Source of the DNA: an uncultured bacterium
Lineage (GTDB): Bacteria > Patescibacteriota > Saccharimonadia > UBA4664
Reading direction: 5' to 3'
Assembly: GCA_963720265.1 (NCBI GenBank)
Contig: CAVRET010000001.1
Span: 325,916 to 389,915 of the forward strand
Length of the DNA stretch: 64,000 nt
This document shows, piece after piece, positions 9,821 to 19,723 of the stretch (positions within the stretch are counted from its first letter, which is position 1; each line of letters starts with the position of its first letter). The notes beneath the pieces are model-generated. The model had not been told where the DNA came from, did no database searches, and was given only the letters and a program-made list of their open reading frames with translations. The position numbers and the translations under genes are program-made.

Positions 9821-10417
9821 TTATTCATACCCTTTTGATGCGAGCATAAGGTAGATGACATAAGGAATAATACCGCCAGCGTTTATCGAGGCAGCCATAA
9901 TAAACAAAAAGGTATAGCTGAAGTGGGTAACTATGTAAGAGCCGGCTGCCATTGTAATTACGATTAGGGACATGTTGAGCGCATCAGTAGCACCCCACTC
10001 TTGGCTGGCCTGCTCAGGTTTGATGTATTTTGCCACCAGAGCCAACTTGGCTGGATAGGCCAAAGCCCAACCTAGGCCATTTAAGCCCCACATAACAGAC
10101 AAACCTAACGTGTTGCTAACTAGATTAAAACCGATATAGCTTGCACTTATGGCCGCCATGCCGACGATAATAATTTCAATTTTGCGTTGCTCGGACAGTC
10201 TCGAACTAGTGCGGCCAAATACTAGCTCTGTGATGATCCTGACTATAAAGCCAGCAATCAATGCCGTTGTGGCGGATTCGACTGTGCCGCCGGGTATTTT
10301 GGTAGTGACATACAGGGCGAACAGGATGTTCACCACATTTAGCGATGAATAAAGGAGCGCGTCGGATATTATAAATGCTTTAATGAATGGATTTACGCGC
10401 TTTGAGAAATACCCCAC
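9821..10417 (-). CDS. Half-size MFS-type transporter (about 6 TM)
   Basis: 198 aa of alternating TM helices; GRTSSRL loop resembles MFS motif A. Confidence 0.7.
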   Translation of the reverse strand: MGYFSKRVNPFIKAFIISDALLYSSLNVVNILFALYVTTKIPGGTVESATTALIAGFIVRIITELVFGRTSSRLSEQRKIEIIIVGMAAISASYIGFNLVSNTLGLSVMWGLNGLGWALAYPAKLALVAKYIKPEQASQEWGATDALNMSLIVITMAAGSYIVTHFSYTFLFIMAASINAGGIIPYVIYLMLASKGYE

Positions 10418-10540
10418 ATGGCTATTTTATCGTATGACAGTCTCGGTACCAAAACGCTTTCGTAATTTCTGGGAGATTGTATATATAGTAAGGCTCTGCG
10501 CAGCCGTAAGTAATACCTGTCGTTTCCTGCCACGGTTCCA

Positions 10541-10576
10541 AACAACACCCCACCTGCTTCTAGGTGGGGTGTTGTT
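10541..10576 (-). terminator. Intrinsic terminator-like hairpin
   Basis: aacaacaccccacct-gcttct-aggtggggtgttgtt, a perfect 15-bp inverted repeat about 25 nt after the 10600 stop. Confidence 0.75.
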
Positions 10577-10599
10577 AAACGCTTGTTAGGACTTTTGAA

Positions 10600-11307
10600 C
10601 TAACCGCCGATGTAAATGCCGCCTGGGACCGAGAACCAGTTGGTTGAATTGTTCCCCATGGCACCAATTTCCCAAACTTGATTGCTCTTCCCAAGATCCT
10701 GGAGGCCTACGGGATATGAATTGCCATCAGCATAATAGTTATCACTCCACAATCGGCTCGCCAGGTTGGCGTCGGGAATTTGTCCACCGGCGCCGCCATA
10801 AACAAACATTGTGCCTGGGCCGCCGCCTTGACCGGTGCTCAAGTAGTTACACTGCGTGAGGATGCCGTAATAGCTGCTGTTACTGGAGGTGCCAACACAG
10901 CCGAGTACATCACCAGTCGAAGTACTGTAGCCGACTGCCTCGAGAATCGTGTCACCTTCATTGCCGCTGTTCATACCACTGCCAACTGTGAAAGGGCAGG
11001 TTGAGGATACTGCTGCGGAGCCGCCGCAGGCGTCCATAGCCTCGAGCCAGAAATACTCGTTATTGTCACCATCATTGGTATAGGTAATGATGGTGCATCC
11101 TTGACCCGTGCATCCGGCTTTACGATTTAGGGCAAGACCGTTGCCGTCCAAAATCTGGTTGGGTGCGGACGCGCTAGCGATACCTGTCAAGCCGAATGTA
11201 GTAACCCCGGCGATTAACAAGGCTAAGGCGGAAAGCCCAGTCGCCGAGGTGAGCGAGTGCCGCAGGCGACTACCCCCACCCATGAGTGATTTCAATCTAC
11301 CGTACAT
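10600..11307 (-). CDS. Secreted Cys/Gly-rich hypothetical protein
   Basis: Signal peptide ending ASA; AAGGAGG Shine-Dalgarno before ATG 11307. Confidence 0.7.
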   Translation of the reverse strand: MYGRLKSLMGGGSRLRHSLTSATGLSALALLIAGVTTFGLTGIASASAPNQILDGNGLALNRKAGCTGQGCTIITYTNDGDNNEYFWLEAMDACGGSAAVSSTCPFTVGSGMNSGNEGDTILEAVGYSTSTGDVLGCVGTSSNSSYYGILTQCNYLSTGQGGGPGTMFVYGGAGGQIPDANLASRLWSDNYYADGNSYPVGLQDLGKSNQVWEIGAMGNNSTNWFSVPGGIYIGG

Positions 11308-11411
11308 CGAGCAGCCTCCTTCGTTGGCTATTATTAAGCGTACGAACAAGATCCTTACTTATTTGCCTATCATGGTAATGATTACATTTTTCGCGGTCAA
11401 GAACCATTGCG

Positions 11412-12074
11412 TTAATAGTGTAGCGATTCGAATATCTTTTTGGCAGTTGTAAAGTCCGGCGAATCTTTAATTTGGTTGACTGTAAAAGTGGGTAATACGC
11501 CCGTTTTTACCGGCGCATGATGAGGAGCATAACAAAATGAATTAACGGGCACTAAGGTCGGGGCAACACTTTTATTCACAAAGATATTCTTACTAATAAA
11601 GTCAAACGTTGATTTCGGCTGGGGCGACTGGGCTAGACATGCAGCCGTGGGCTCGGTCGGGTCTGTTCCGGGGAGCCCTACGGGAGCTTCAAAGACTAGA
11701 TACATGTTCTTGCCGAAAGCTGTTATTGGTACTGAGCCGAAAACTCTGGACTGCAGGGTCTTTGGACAAGCCTGGCCGGCATCCAGAGTTACCTGAGACT
11801 GCGTTGGACTGTTGAGTGTGACCAAATCTTGGCCCGGGTAGGTACAGTAGTGCAGACTTTCTGGAATTGCAACAGACTGGCTGGATCGCAGCCAGCTGTT
11901 CGGGTACTGATATGACATTTTCTCATATTGGAGCGAAGCTGACTTCCAGTTGCTGTGATGTTGATTACGATAAATTAGGAGAATCAGTCCGGTCATCAAT
12001 ATCGCACATACGGCGACGATAACAGTCCATTTAACCTTCATGTGCCCCTTCTTCGCTGTTGCTCCTAGCCTCAT
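11412..12074 (-). CDS. Membrane-anchored exported hypothetical protein (PsbP-like YQYPxxW motif)
   Basis: N-terminal TM; MSYQYPNSW; C-terminal AKKIFESLHY. Confidence 0.65.
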   Translation of the reverse strand: MRLGATAKKGHMKVKWTVIVAVCAILMTGLILLIYRNQHHSNWKSASLQYEKMSYQYPNSWLRSSQSVAIPESLHYCTYPGQDLVTLNSPTQSQVTLDAGQACPKTLQSRVFGSVPITAFGKNMYLVFEAPVGLPGTDPTEPTAACLAQSPQPKSTFDFISKNIFVNKSVAPTLVPVNSFCYAPHHAPVKTGVLPTFTVNQIKDSPDFTTAKKIFESLHY

Positions 12075-12293
12075 ATTTGATAGGGGCTAGTGTACGATTA
12101 TCGAACTAGAGGTTATCGCCGGCATAGCCTGGAAACGTATGGACGTGAGAGTGCCAAACGGGCAACTATAGTCTTTGGGTTGGTGACCGTACATGACAGG
12201 GATTATAGCGCGCGAAGGTACGATTGATAAATTATTATGATGTTGTCTTGGCAGGAGCTAGTGCACGGTTATTGAACTCTGCGAGGACGTTGT

Positions 12294-13802
12294 ATGGCAC
12301 GAGATAAGTTCTTTGCTATAGTGAAATTTATGGAAAAGATTGGACTTGGTTATTTAACGGCTAGTGAGTTTGTATCTAGGCGATCAAGGACACTCACAGA
12401 TGATCCAAATGCGAGGCTGAATGAAGAGCACGAAATTGGGCAATATCTTGCCAAACTTGACCCCTCCTATAGGGACGCGATCGATTCCCTCGCCAAGACA
12501 AGAGACGAACCATTATGCAAAGAGATTGATACAGTCGTTACAATCATTGCGACCCAAGAAGGTTCAAGAATTGGGCACACATTAAATTCATATCTAAACC
12601 AAGATCTAGATCCGAAATTCTTTGAGATAATTATCTATGATGACCACTCGAGTACTATTTCTCGCGATAATACCTCAGAAGAGGTAGACAAATTTAAAAA
12701 AGCCAATCCGAACATTTCCGTCATCTATGCCTATAGAGTCAGGCAAGACGATGAATTCGCCACAGTTGGTAACGCGCGAAAGTATGGTTTTGATGTGGCG
12801 CTTGCAAGAATAGACGCTCGGGGTAAAAGCAACCACGAGACTATACTGATTAGTAACGATGCCGATACTGTTGAGCTAGACAAACACTATCTTTCAGCAA
12901 TCAGGCACGAGTTTCAGGTAAATACTGCGGCAGACGCGCTCGTAACACCAAGCACAGTGCCATTATCTGCAATGCGCAAACCCAATGTCTACGCCGCACT
13001 TGCGTTGTGGGATGCCATTGATGACTTTGTTGCCAAGCAAGAACCGCGCAATCTGGAAGGCAGAAGCAGTGCTTATAGAGCGTCAATCTATGCGGCGGTG
13101 GGCGGCTATAACCCGAAAGGGAAACTGGCCGGTGACCTGGAGACGGGATTTCTGATCGCAGATGCCAGGGGCTGGGATCCTCGCAGTGTGATTCAATTCG
13201 CAAAAACAGGGCTGTTAACTGACCCACGGAGAGTGTTGGAATCTGTGGCTAGTCGTATACCAATTAATGAGATGTACTATAAATTTGTATCGAGCCCAGA
13301 GGTGAGACACGCTAATAATGCTCAATTGCTTGATATGATTCCAGATAGTTTGGATTGGGAGCTGTTCGAGGAAGACGCCGATAGCTTTTTGGCTGGTGGC
13401 GATACCGGGATGTATAAGTGGCGAGGTGAAAGATTCAAAACTGACTTTAAGCAAGCGATGGGCAAAATCGGCGCTCAGTTTGTGACCAAGGGCAACCGGC
13501 TGTATTTAACCAACATCGACCAACTTATAGACAACTACAAGCATGATTTTGGTGATACACCACAGATCATTCATTCAACCCGACGGCCCTACGATCGGGA
13601 TAGGATAAAAAAAATTAAATTATTCTTCTCAACAGTCTCCGATAGCGCCATAGCCTGTCGAAAAAAACTTGCCGACCAGATTGCACAGGACCTCGAGCTC
13701 GCAAATCAACGAAATGATCTTAAACAAATAAGACACCTTCAAGGACAGTATGAAAGGTTTGCCGGGCATTTATACAAGCAACATAGCCGGCTAAGCAGTT
13801 AA
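12294..13802 (+). CDS. Glycosyltransferase family 2 (GT-A) protein
   Basis: EIIIYDDHS, GNARKYG, SNDADT (DxD), AAVGGY and GDLE motifs. Confidence 0.8.
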   Translation: MARDKFFAIVKFMEKIGLGYLTASEFVSRRSRTLTDDPNARLNEEHEIGQYLAKLDPSYRDAIDSLAKTRDEPLCKEIDTVVTIIATQEGSRIGHTLNSYLNQDLDPKFFEIIIYDDHSSTISRDNTSEEVDKFKKANPNISVIYAYRVRQDDEFATVGNARKYGFDVALARIDARGKSNHETILISNDADTVELDKHYLSAIRHEFQVNTAADALVTPSTVPLSAMRKPNVYAALALWDAIDDFVAKQEPRNLEGRSSAYRASIYAAVGGYNPKGKLAGDLETGFLIADARGWDPRSVIQFAKTGLLTDPRRVLESVASRIPINEMYYKFVSSPEVRHANNAQLLDMIPDSLDWELFEEDADSFLAGGDTGMYKWRGERFKTDFKQAMGKIGAQFVTKGNRLYLTNIDQLIDNYKHDFGDTPQIIHSTRRPYDRDRIKKIKLFFSTVSDSAIACRKKLADQIAQDLELANQRNDLKQIRHLQGQYERFAGHLYKQHSRLSS

Positions 13803-15265
13803 AATTTTTTCTCTCCGCCGCCGCCACGTTCCGGCCCCTGAGGTCTTTCTGATTCCAGCATTCGTTTAAGAGCCATATCTATTTCTGGTACAAAATGACG
13901 TGCCTCATCGCTCTCACGAAGCTCAACCGGCGAGGCAAGACCTTCTATCTCGTGAATTATGGGCCGGTCTTTATCGTAAAACGCCTTGTCCAGAGCTAGC
14001 TCATTGATCTTAGTTACTTGCCTGAATTCAAGGTGCCCAATCTCGTTGCCGGCTGCGTTGCCAATGTACAACTTATCTGCCTCGAGCCCCTCGATAAATA
14101 GTCCTCCTATGCGCGCCTTATTGATAAGCGCTCTTTGCATAATTGATTCTCCAAAATGAAATTCCTGCATAACCCCTTCGTGCAAGTTTAGTAAACCTAG
14201 CCTGGCTTGCTCACAGTACATTTTCTCTACGCCCTCACCCCTTGAAAAATACATTTCGCCGATGTGCGACTCGCCCATGCGAAGTTCGTGTGCCCTGATT
14301 TCGCCTGCATTAAATTGACGACAGCTCAGACGGTCTAAGTACACTGCCTGCGCAGCCCCTCTTTCACCGAATATGTTCTCTATACTGGCACTGCCAAAGC
14401 GGATATCCCGAAAGTTTCCGTCAGCCAAAAAGCAGTCGCGAAATTGAGCTCCCTGAAACTCCATCTCATCGAATCTGCTTTCTGAGAAATCTACCAACTC
14501 AGCTTTGCTCTCCCCGAGATATACTCTCAATGCAGAAAAGTCGCCCCTACCAAAATTGAGCGTCTCAAGTTCAACCTCTATATGAAGTTCGCCCCGAGTA
14601 TCTTCACCGGTTTCTGGAACCACCCTGTAAGCTCCGAGTCTCGAAAGATCTGGATCTTCGGCTAAATAGTGGAGAAACTCGTTTGGCGTGATGACAAGTG
14701 CCTCTCTTTCGAGATCGCTATCTTTTTCTGCTCGCGAGTCACTTCCCTCCCCAGCGATTCCCGGCTCTTCTGAATCAATGAGCCGATGTGTATTTGCAGC
14801 TAAACTCTCCGGGTTGAATCCCGAGGAATTTAGCCGTTCGAGATATACAATACCGGCTCTTAAGCGGCCACCCTCGATGGTCCCTATTGCCGCATCGTCG
14901 AAGAATACTTCTGGCGCTGTAAACTCATCAAAGTGGCACTCCGCTAGTTTTGCTTGATCAAAGTAGAGCCGGCTTGCACGAGCGGCAGAAAATAACAACT
15001 GCTCAGCTTCCAAATCATCAAAATACAAATCGGTAAATCTAGAAGTTCCAAAGTCTACAGATTCGGCTTTTGTTTTCGACAAAGCTACAAAGCCATCAGT
15101 AAAATCACCATTACCAAAATGTACACTCCGGCCTTCAAAATCGATATCGATAGGGAAAATCGTTTGACCCTCCCTGGGCACAACCCTATATTCTCCCAGT
15201 CTCCTTAGATCAGGATCTTGAATCAATTCGGTCCATAATTCCTTAGTTGTAAGTTCTCGAATCAT
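13799..15265 (-). CDS. Beta-solenoid (pentapeptide/decapeptide-repeat-like) protein with an internal duplication
   Basis: Start moved to ATG 15265 because the longer ORF overlaps tRNA-Trp; two homologous halves starting DPDLRRLGEYRVVP / DPDLSRLGAYRVVP; 10-residue periodicity. Confidence 0.7.
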   Translation of the reverse strand: MIRELTTKELWTELIQDPDLRRLGEYRVVPREGQTIFPIDIDFEGRSVHFGNGDFTDGFVALSKTKAESVDFGTSRFTDLYFDDLEAEQLLFSAARASRLYFDQAKLAECHFDEFTAPEVFFDDAAIGTIEGGRLRAGIVYLERLNSSGFNPESLAANTHRLIDSEEPGIAGEGSDSRAEKDSDLEREALVITPNEFLHYLAEDPDLSRLGAYRVVPETGEDTRGELHIEVELETLNFGRGDFSALRVYLGESKAELVDFSESRFDEMEFQGAQFRDCFLADGNFRDIRFGSASIENIFGERGAAQAVYLDRLSCRQFNAGEIRAHELRMGESHIGEMYFSRGEGVEKMYCEQARLGLLNLHEGVMQEFHFGESIMQRALINKARIGGLFIEGLEADKLYIGNAAGNEIGHLEFRQVTKINELALDKAFYDKDRPIIHEIEGLASPVELRESDEARHFVPEIDMALKRMLESERPQGPERGGGGEKKF

Positions 15266-15300
15266 TTTCCGCTGATATCTCCAAACATTATGAATATTTC

Positions 15301-15376
15301 TGGCAGGGGTGGCAGGGCTCGAACCCGCGACAACCGGTTTTGGAGACCGGTGCTCTACCAACTGAGCTACACCCCT
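15301..15376 (-). tRNA. tRNA-Trp(CCA)
   Basis: AGGGGTGTAGCTCAGTTGGTAGAGCACCGGTCTCCAAAACCGGTTGTCGCGGGTTCGAGCCCTGCCACCCCTGCCA. Confidence 0.97.
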
Positions 15377-15480
15377 ATGAAAGCTTGTATGTGGGACGGA
15401 ATTATTTTACTGCAATAGCTGGGTGTACGCCAGGCGCATTACGCTTTAGTATCTTAAGGGTAGGTTATGAGGAGGAGCAT

Positions 15481-16395
15481 ATGCTCGAACTTTCAGATGA
15501 ACGTATGCGGACAGCAGCGGCGCTTGTGCCCAAGATCGAGAACTCACGGGTGGCGATTGCGGCGCCCGGAGACGGCCCCGGGTTTTGGACTGGAGCGCCG
15601 AGCGCTGTCGAGGCTGACGGAATGATCTATCTGGCATATCGCCTGCGGCGGCCGGTGGCCCAGGGCCGCGGGCAGGGCGTGGTGATTGCGAAGTCGCGCG
15701 ATGGGGTGAAATTCGACAGTTTGGTGATGATCCGTAAGGATGATATGGATGCGGAGTCGTTAGAACGACCGGCACTTGTACGGACGGGCGATGGGAAATG
15801 GCGGCTATACGTGAGCTGCGCTACGACTGGCACTAAGCACTGGCGGGTGGAGGTGCTTGAGGCAGATGATCCGGCTAAGTTTGATGCGACTACGCGCCGC
15901 GTGGTGTTGCCGGGTGATGAGCGTTGGGCAGTGAAAGATCCCGTGATTCGGATTGCCGGCGGAGTGTGGCATTTGTGGGCATCGTGCCATCCGCTTGATA
16001 TACGAGGCCAGGAGGATCGGATGGTAACCAATTATGCCACGAGTACGGACGGTATCAATTGGAAGTGGCGGGGGACGGCACTTGATGTACGTCCGGGTCA
16101 GTGGGACGCGCGCGGCGTGCGCGTAACTGCGGTGATGATCGAGCCGTGGCAAATAACGGCATTTTACGACGGGCGGGCGACGGCCGAGGAAAACTTTGAT
16201 GAGCGGACAGGCGTGGCGGTTGGCGCCGCGCCGGGCAACCTCTCAGCAGCCGGTGACGCGCCGATTGCCGAGTCGGCCGAAGTTAAGGCGCTGCGGTATC
16301 TAGACATTGTGCCATTAATGAACGGTGGGCATAGGCTATACTACGAGCTGGCCCGGCCCAATGGTTCGCACGAGCTCAGAACTGAGCTGCGTTAG
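15481..16395 (+). CDS. Five-bladed beta-propeller glycoside hydrolase-like protein
   Basis: GAPSA, SLERPAL, AVKDPVI and Asp-box-like SRDGVKF / STDGINW; GAGGAG Shine-Dalgarno before ATG 15481. Confidence 0.75.
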   Translation: MLELSDERMRTAAALVPKIENSRVAIAAPGDGPGFWTGAPSAVEADGMIYLAYRLRRPVAQGRGQGVVIAKSRDGVKFDSLVMIRKDDMDAESLERPALVRTGDGKWRLYVSCATTGTKHWRVEVLEADDPAKFDATTRRVVLPGDERWAVKDPVIRIAGGVWHLWASCHPLDIRGQEDRMVTNYATSTDGINWKWRGTALDVRPGQWDARGVRVTAVMIEPWQITAFYDGRATAEENFDERTGVAVGAAPGNLSAAGDAPIAESAEVKALRYLDIVPLMNGGHRLYYELARPNGSHELRTELR

Positions 16396-16415
16396 CCGAA
16401 AGATAATCGCATTCT

Positions 16416-16454
16416 TTCTGGGGGCGCCGGTCAACGCAACCGACGCCCCCAGAA
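16416..16454. terminator. Hairpin between convergent genes (possibly bidirectional terminator)
   Basis: ttctgggggcg ... cgcccccagaa followed by ttttt. Confidence 0.7.
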
Positions 16455-16457
16455 TTT

Positions 16458-16973
16458 TTAGCCGTCTACTCCCTGCTCGTCCCAACTGATGTATCCAGCC
16501 ATCGTGGCAGCGGCAAGCAGCAGGATGTAGGGGTCCATGACCTCTTCGTCCGAGATGTTCAGCCGCGCCATGAGCTCGGTCCCGAGCGGTGGGCGCTTCG
16601 TATCGGATCGCCAGGATAGGTGTGTACGATCGGGGTAGCCGGTGATTTGCTCTTTGAGGAAGCCCGACTCCTCAGCTGTTAGCCTGATCGTTTTAGCAAT
16701 GCGATGCAGGCGGGCCAGGCCCGCGTCGTCGGGATACCTGTCTGCCAGTAGCTTCCAGCTGATGAACCTCCTGCTGAGGGCGATAACGAGCGCGGTGGCG
16801 ATGTTGTCGGTTTCGAACCTGACGACAATTCTCCTGCGATCTTCGCGTATGCGCTTCACTGAGCGATGCGTCATGTCAGCTATCTGGCCAATGGTGTACC
16901 CGCAGGACAGAAGTCCGAGGATGTCATTGGCGTTTATCGCCGGTATCGCGGCGACGTCGGCTTGCGGCGGCAT
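16458..16973 (-). CDS. LuxR-type HTH domain protein (two degenerate HTH-like units)
   Basis: DILGLLSCGYTIGQIADMTHRSVKRIREDRRRIVVRF...ALVIALSRRFI fits the LuxR C-terminal pattern; GGAGGTG Shine-Dalgarno. Confidence 0.65.
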   Translation of the reverse strand: MPPQADVAAIPAINANDILGLLSCGYTIGQIADMTHRSVKRIREDRRRIVVRFETDNIATALVIALSRRFISWKLLADRYPDDAGLARLHRIAKTIRLTAEESGFLKEQITGYPDRTHLSWRSDTKRPPLGTELMARLNISDEEVMDPYILLLAAATMAGYISWDEQGVDG

Positions 16974-17062
16974 GTCGCTACACCTCCCGGGGTGTGACGG
17001 ATTTGAGAGTCGCGTTCAGTAGGACGGGGAGCTATTTTACCCCTAGCGCGGCGAAATGTCGA

Positions 17063-17224
17063 CTATTTGGCTTCTTTGAATAAGACTTTTTTGCGCTTGA
17101 GTTTGGAATACTTGAGGGCGGTGATGCGCTCAGTGGTATTCTTGGGGTTTTTGGTAGTTGAGTAGACCATGGTGGGGTCTTCTTCCGCGCGCAGTGTGAT
17201 GACGGGGCGGTTGCGCTTAGGCAT
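17063..17224 (-). CDS. rpmG: 50S ribosomal protein L33 (Cys-less form)
   Basis: MPKRNRPVITL...YSTTKNPKNTTERI...KYS...RKKVLFKEAK. Confidence 0.92.
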   Translation of the reverse strand: MPKRNRPVITLRAEEDPTMVYSTTKNPKNTTERITALKYSKLKRKKVLFKEAK

Positions 17225-17420
17225 TGGGAATTTCTCCTTCTTTCGGGGTGATGCTTGAGGCAATAAAGTAAGCGAGTACGGTTGGGAACAGCCAAGTGGT
17301 GAGTGCAAGCACGATTACGATCAGGCGCACGACGGTGACGTCGATGTCGAAATAATCGGCGATACCGGCGCAGAGCCCGGTTATTTTCTTGTCCTTTTGC
17401 TTGAGCACGAGGCGCTTCAT
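17217..17420 (-). CDS. pspC: PspC domain membrane protein
   Basis: KRLVLKQKDKKITGLCAGIADYFDIDVTVVRL. Confidence 0.88.
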   Translation of the reverse strand: MKRLVLKQKDKKITGLCAGIADYFDIDVTVVRLIVIVLALTTWLFPTVLAYFIASSITPKEGEIPNA

Positions 17421-17451
17421 GGCGGCTTACGACTCCCTTAGACTAATTCTC

Positions 17452-17526
17452 TGGAGCCCAAGGTGGGGATTGAACCCACGACCCCTTCCTTACCATGGAA
17501 GTGCTCTGCCACTGAGCTACTTGGGC
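17452..17526 (-). tRNA. tRNA-Thr(GGT)
   Basis: GCCCAAGTAGCTCAGTGGCAGAGCACTTCCATGGTAAGGAAGGGGTCGTGGGTTCAATCCCCACCTTGGGCTCCA. Confidence 0.97.
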
Positions 17527-17653
17527 TTAGCGTACCCCGCAAACGATAGCATAAAAGGGTTACTACGGCAAGGTCTACGTTGGTGCAAAATGTTACATTG
17601 CTCTTCATTGCGGTTATGCTAAAATTTAGCTGTACATGAGATGTGGAGTATAA

Positions 17654-19642
17654 ATGTCGCGACTGCCGACTCCGGGTGGAGATGACGGGTCCTGGGGCAA
17701 TGTACTTAATGACTTTCTGGGCGTTGAGCTCAATACCGACGGCACACTAAAACGGGCGTCTGAGATTGATAGTGCCTATCAGAAGCCGTCTGGTGGTATT
17801 CCAAAAAGTGATCTGGCGGCGGCGGTTCAGACGTCGCTCACAACCGCTGATGCTCAGAATGCGCTCGAACTGCAGAGTGTGCCGGTGGCCAATACGGCGC
17901 CGACGGACGGGCAGATTTTGACGTATAGCCAGGCCGGTACGACGTGGCTGCCAGCCAGTGTATCGGCATCGGCGCCTGATGCCACGACCTCAAGCAAGGG
18001 TATTATTGAGCTGGCCGGCGATTTGGGGGGCACCGCGGGAATGCCTACCGTGCCGAGCCTTACGAGTAAGGCCAATGATTCAGCTGTCGTGCACAATACC
18101 GGCAACGAAACGATCGCCGGTATTAAGACGTTCTCCAGCAGCCCGACCATACCGGCACCGAGCAATCCGACGGATGCTGCCACCAAGCAATACGTGGATT
18201 CGGCGACCGGTTCGGCGACTGCCCTCACGTGGGTGAATGTTAAGTCACTTGGTGCAGTGGGCGATTTCAACAACGACGACACGTCGGCGTTTTCGACGGC
18301 CCTTAGCACCTATGATGTTGTATATGTGCCGGCGGGCCACTACAAGCTGACCTCGGCTCTTACTCTGTCCGATAACACCATTATCGGCGACGGCGCGGAA
18401 GTTACGATAGTAGAGCAGACCAACACCTCGGCCGACGGCCTCGACGGCGTCAACCGGGCGTACGTGCGGATATCGGGCATTGAGTTTAAGGGACCGGCCA
18501 GCGGTACTGGCATTGGTATGAACCTGGACGGCTCGTCGGTCAGCTGGTATGTGTCGCTGGAAGATGTGCGTTTTGATTCCTGGGGTGCGCATGGCATTTA
18601 CGGGTTTAACGTGGTTTCGAGTTTTAAGAATGTGCTGTGCCTCAATAACGGTCTGCACGGGTTTACGTTTGACGGCTTAAGTGCAGGTGCGGCCGGTACG
18701 TCGGTGTCGCTGGTAACATGTTATGCGCGCAATAACGGTAAGGCCGGCTACTACATCTTCAACATGACTTATTGCTCGCTGACCGGTTGCGCGTCGGATC
18801 TGAACGGTATCGGTTACTCGCTTGATACGTGTGCGAGTATCACACTTACCGGCTGTGGTGCGGAGACGCCGCAGAACAACGGCCAGGCCAACTACCCCGG
18901 AATCGGTTATAAGGTGTCGGGCAGTAGCGCGGTGGTGTTGACCGGCTGTTACCTGGCGGCTAACCTAGGTGTCGGCTACTGGATTACGGGCGGCAGCGTG
19001 GACGTAACACTTATTGATCCCCACGAGGTGCTGCCAACAGGTACGGCCACATCATCGATCACGGTTGATTCGGGCTGCCGCGCGCAGATCATCGGTGAGT
19101 CGCTCAGTACAGCCAAGAGCTTGAGCGCCGGTACGACAACCCAGATTGGTGCAACTGATAAATCATCGACCTTTAGCGGCAATGTGACTGTGGACGGCAA
19201 CTTGTCGGTATTGGGGGTGGGCCAAGGCCAGTTTGCGAGTAAGGCGGCCGACCAATCAAACAGCACGACATCGATGACCGGCGACACCGATCTAACGGTG
19301 CCGCTGGCGGCTGGTTGCACGTACACCGTTGAATTGCGCGGGATTTTCACGGCTGCATCCGGCGGTGATATTAAGCTGTCGTGGGAGGCGTTGCCGGCGG
19401 GTTCGACGTTCACGTGGTCGGGAGCATCGAGCGTAAGTGGGACCGGATCGGTGTTTAGCGGTACTGCGACCGACATTTGGACCGGCTCAGGTTCGACGGA
19501 GAAAGCGTTTTGGTATAGCGGATTATTGGTGAACCCAACGAATGCCGGGACGCTGCAATTTGAATTTGCTCAAAACACTTCAAACGCGACGGCGACGGTC
19601 ATGAAAGCCGGCTCGTGGATGAGCGTCGTACGCGTGGCTTAG
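17654..19642 (+). CDS. Tailspike-like protein: fibre-type N-terminal motifs, pectate-lyase-like right-handed beta-helix, C-terminal beta-sandwich
   Basis: DATTSSKGIIELAGDL, VVHNTGNETIAGIKTFSSSP, DAATKQYVD, then WVNVKSLGAVGD..DDTSAFSTAL..VYVPAGHYK and beta-helix repeats; no signal peptide. Confidence 0.8.
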   Translation: MSRLPTPGGDDGSWGNVLNDFLGVELNTDGTLKRASEIDSAYQKPSGGIPKSDLAAAVQTSLTTADAQNALELQSVPVANTAPTDGQILTYSQAGTTWLPASVSASAPDATTSSKGIIELAGDLGGTAGMPTVPSLTSKANDSAVVHNTGNETIAGIKTFSSSPTIPAPSNPTDAATKQYVDSATGSATALTWVNVKSLGAVGDFNNDDTSAFSTALSTYDVVYVPAGHYKLTSALTLSDNTIIGDGAEVTIVEQTNTSADGLDGVNRAYVRISGIEFKGPASGTGIGMNLDGSSVSWYVSLEDVRFDSWGAHGIYGFNVVSSFKNVLCLNNGLHGFTFDGLSAGAAGTSVSLVTCYARNNGKAGYYIFNMTYCSLTGCASDLNGIGYSLDTCASITLTGCGAETPQNNGQANYPGIGYKVSGSSAVVLTGCYLAANLGVGYWITGGSVDVTLIDPHEVLPTGTATSSITVDSGCRAQIIGESLSTAKSLSAGTTTQIGATDKSSTFSGNVTVDGNLSVLGVGQGQFASKAADQSNSTTSMTGDTDLTVPLAAGCTYTVELRGIFTAASGGDIKLSWEALPAGSTFTWSGASSVSGTGSVFSGTATDIWTGSGSTEKAFWYSGLLVNPTNAGTLQFEFAQNTSNATATVMKAGSWMSVVRVA

Positions 19643-19723
19643 TGCGGCCAGATTAATAGCGGTTGTGCTCCAAGTATAAATACGATAGAATTTTAAGCGT
19701 TAGCTCTATAGTGTAGCGGGGTT

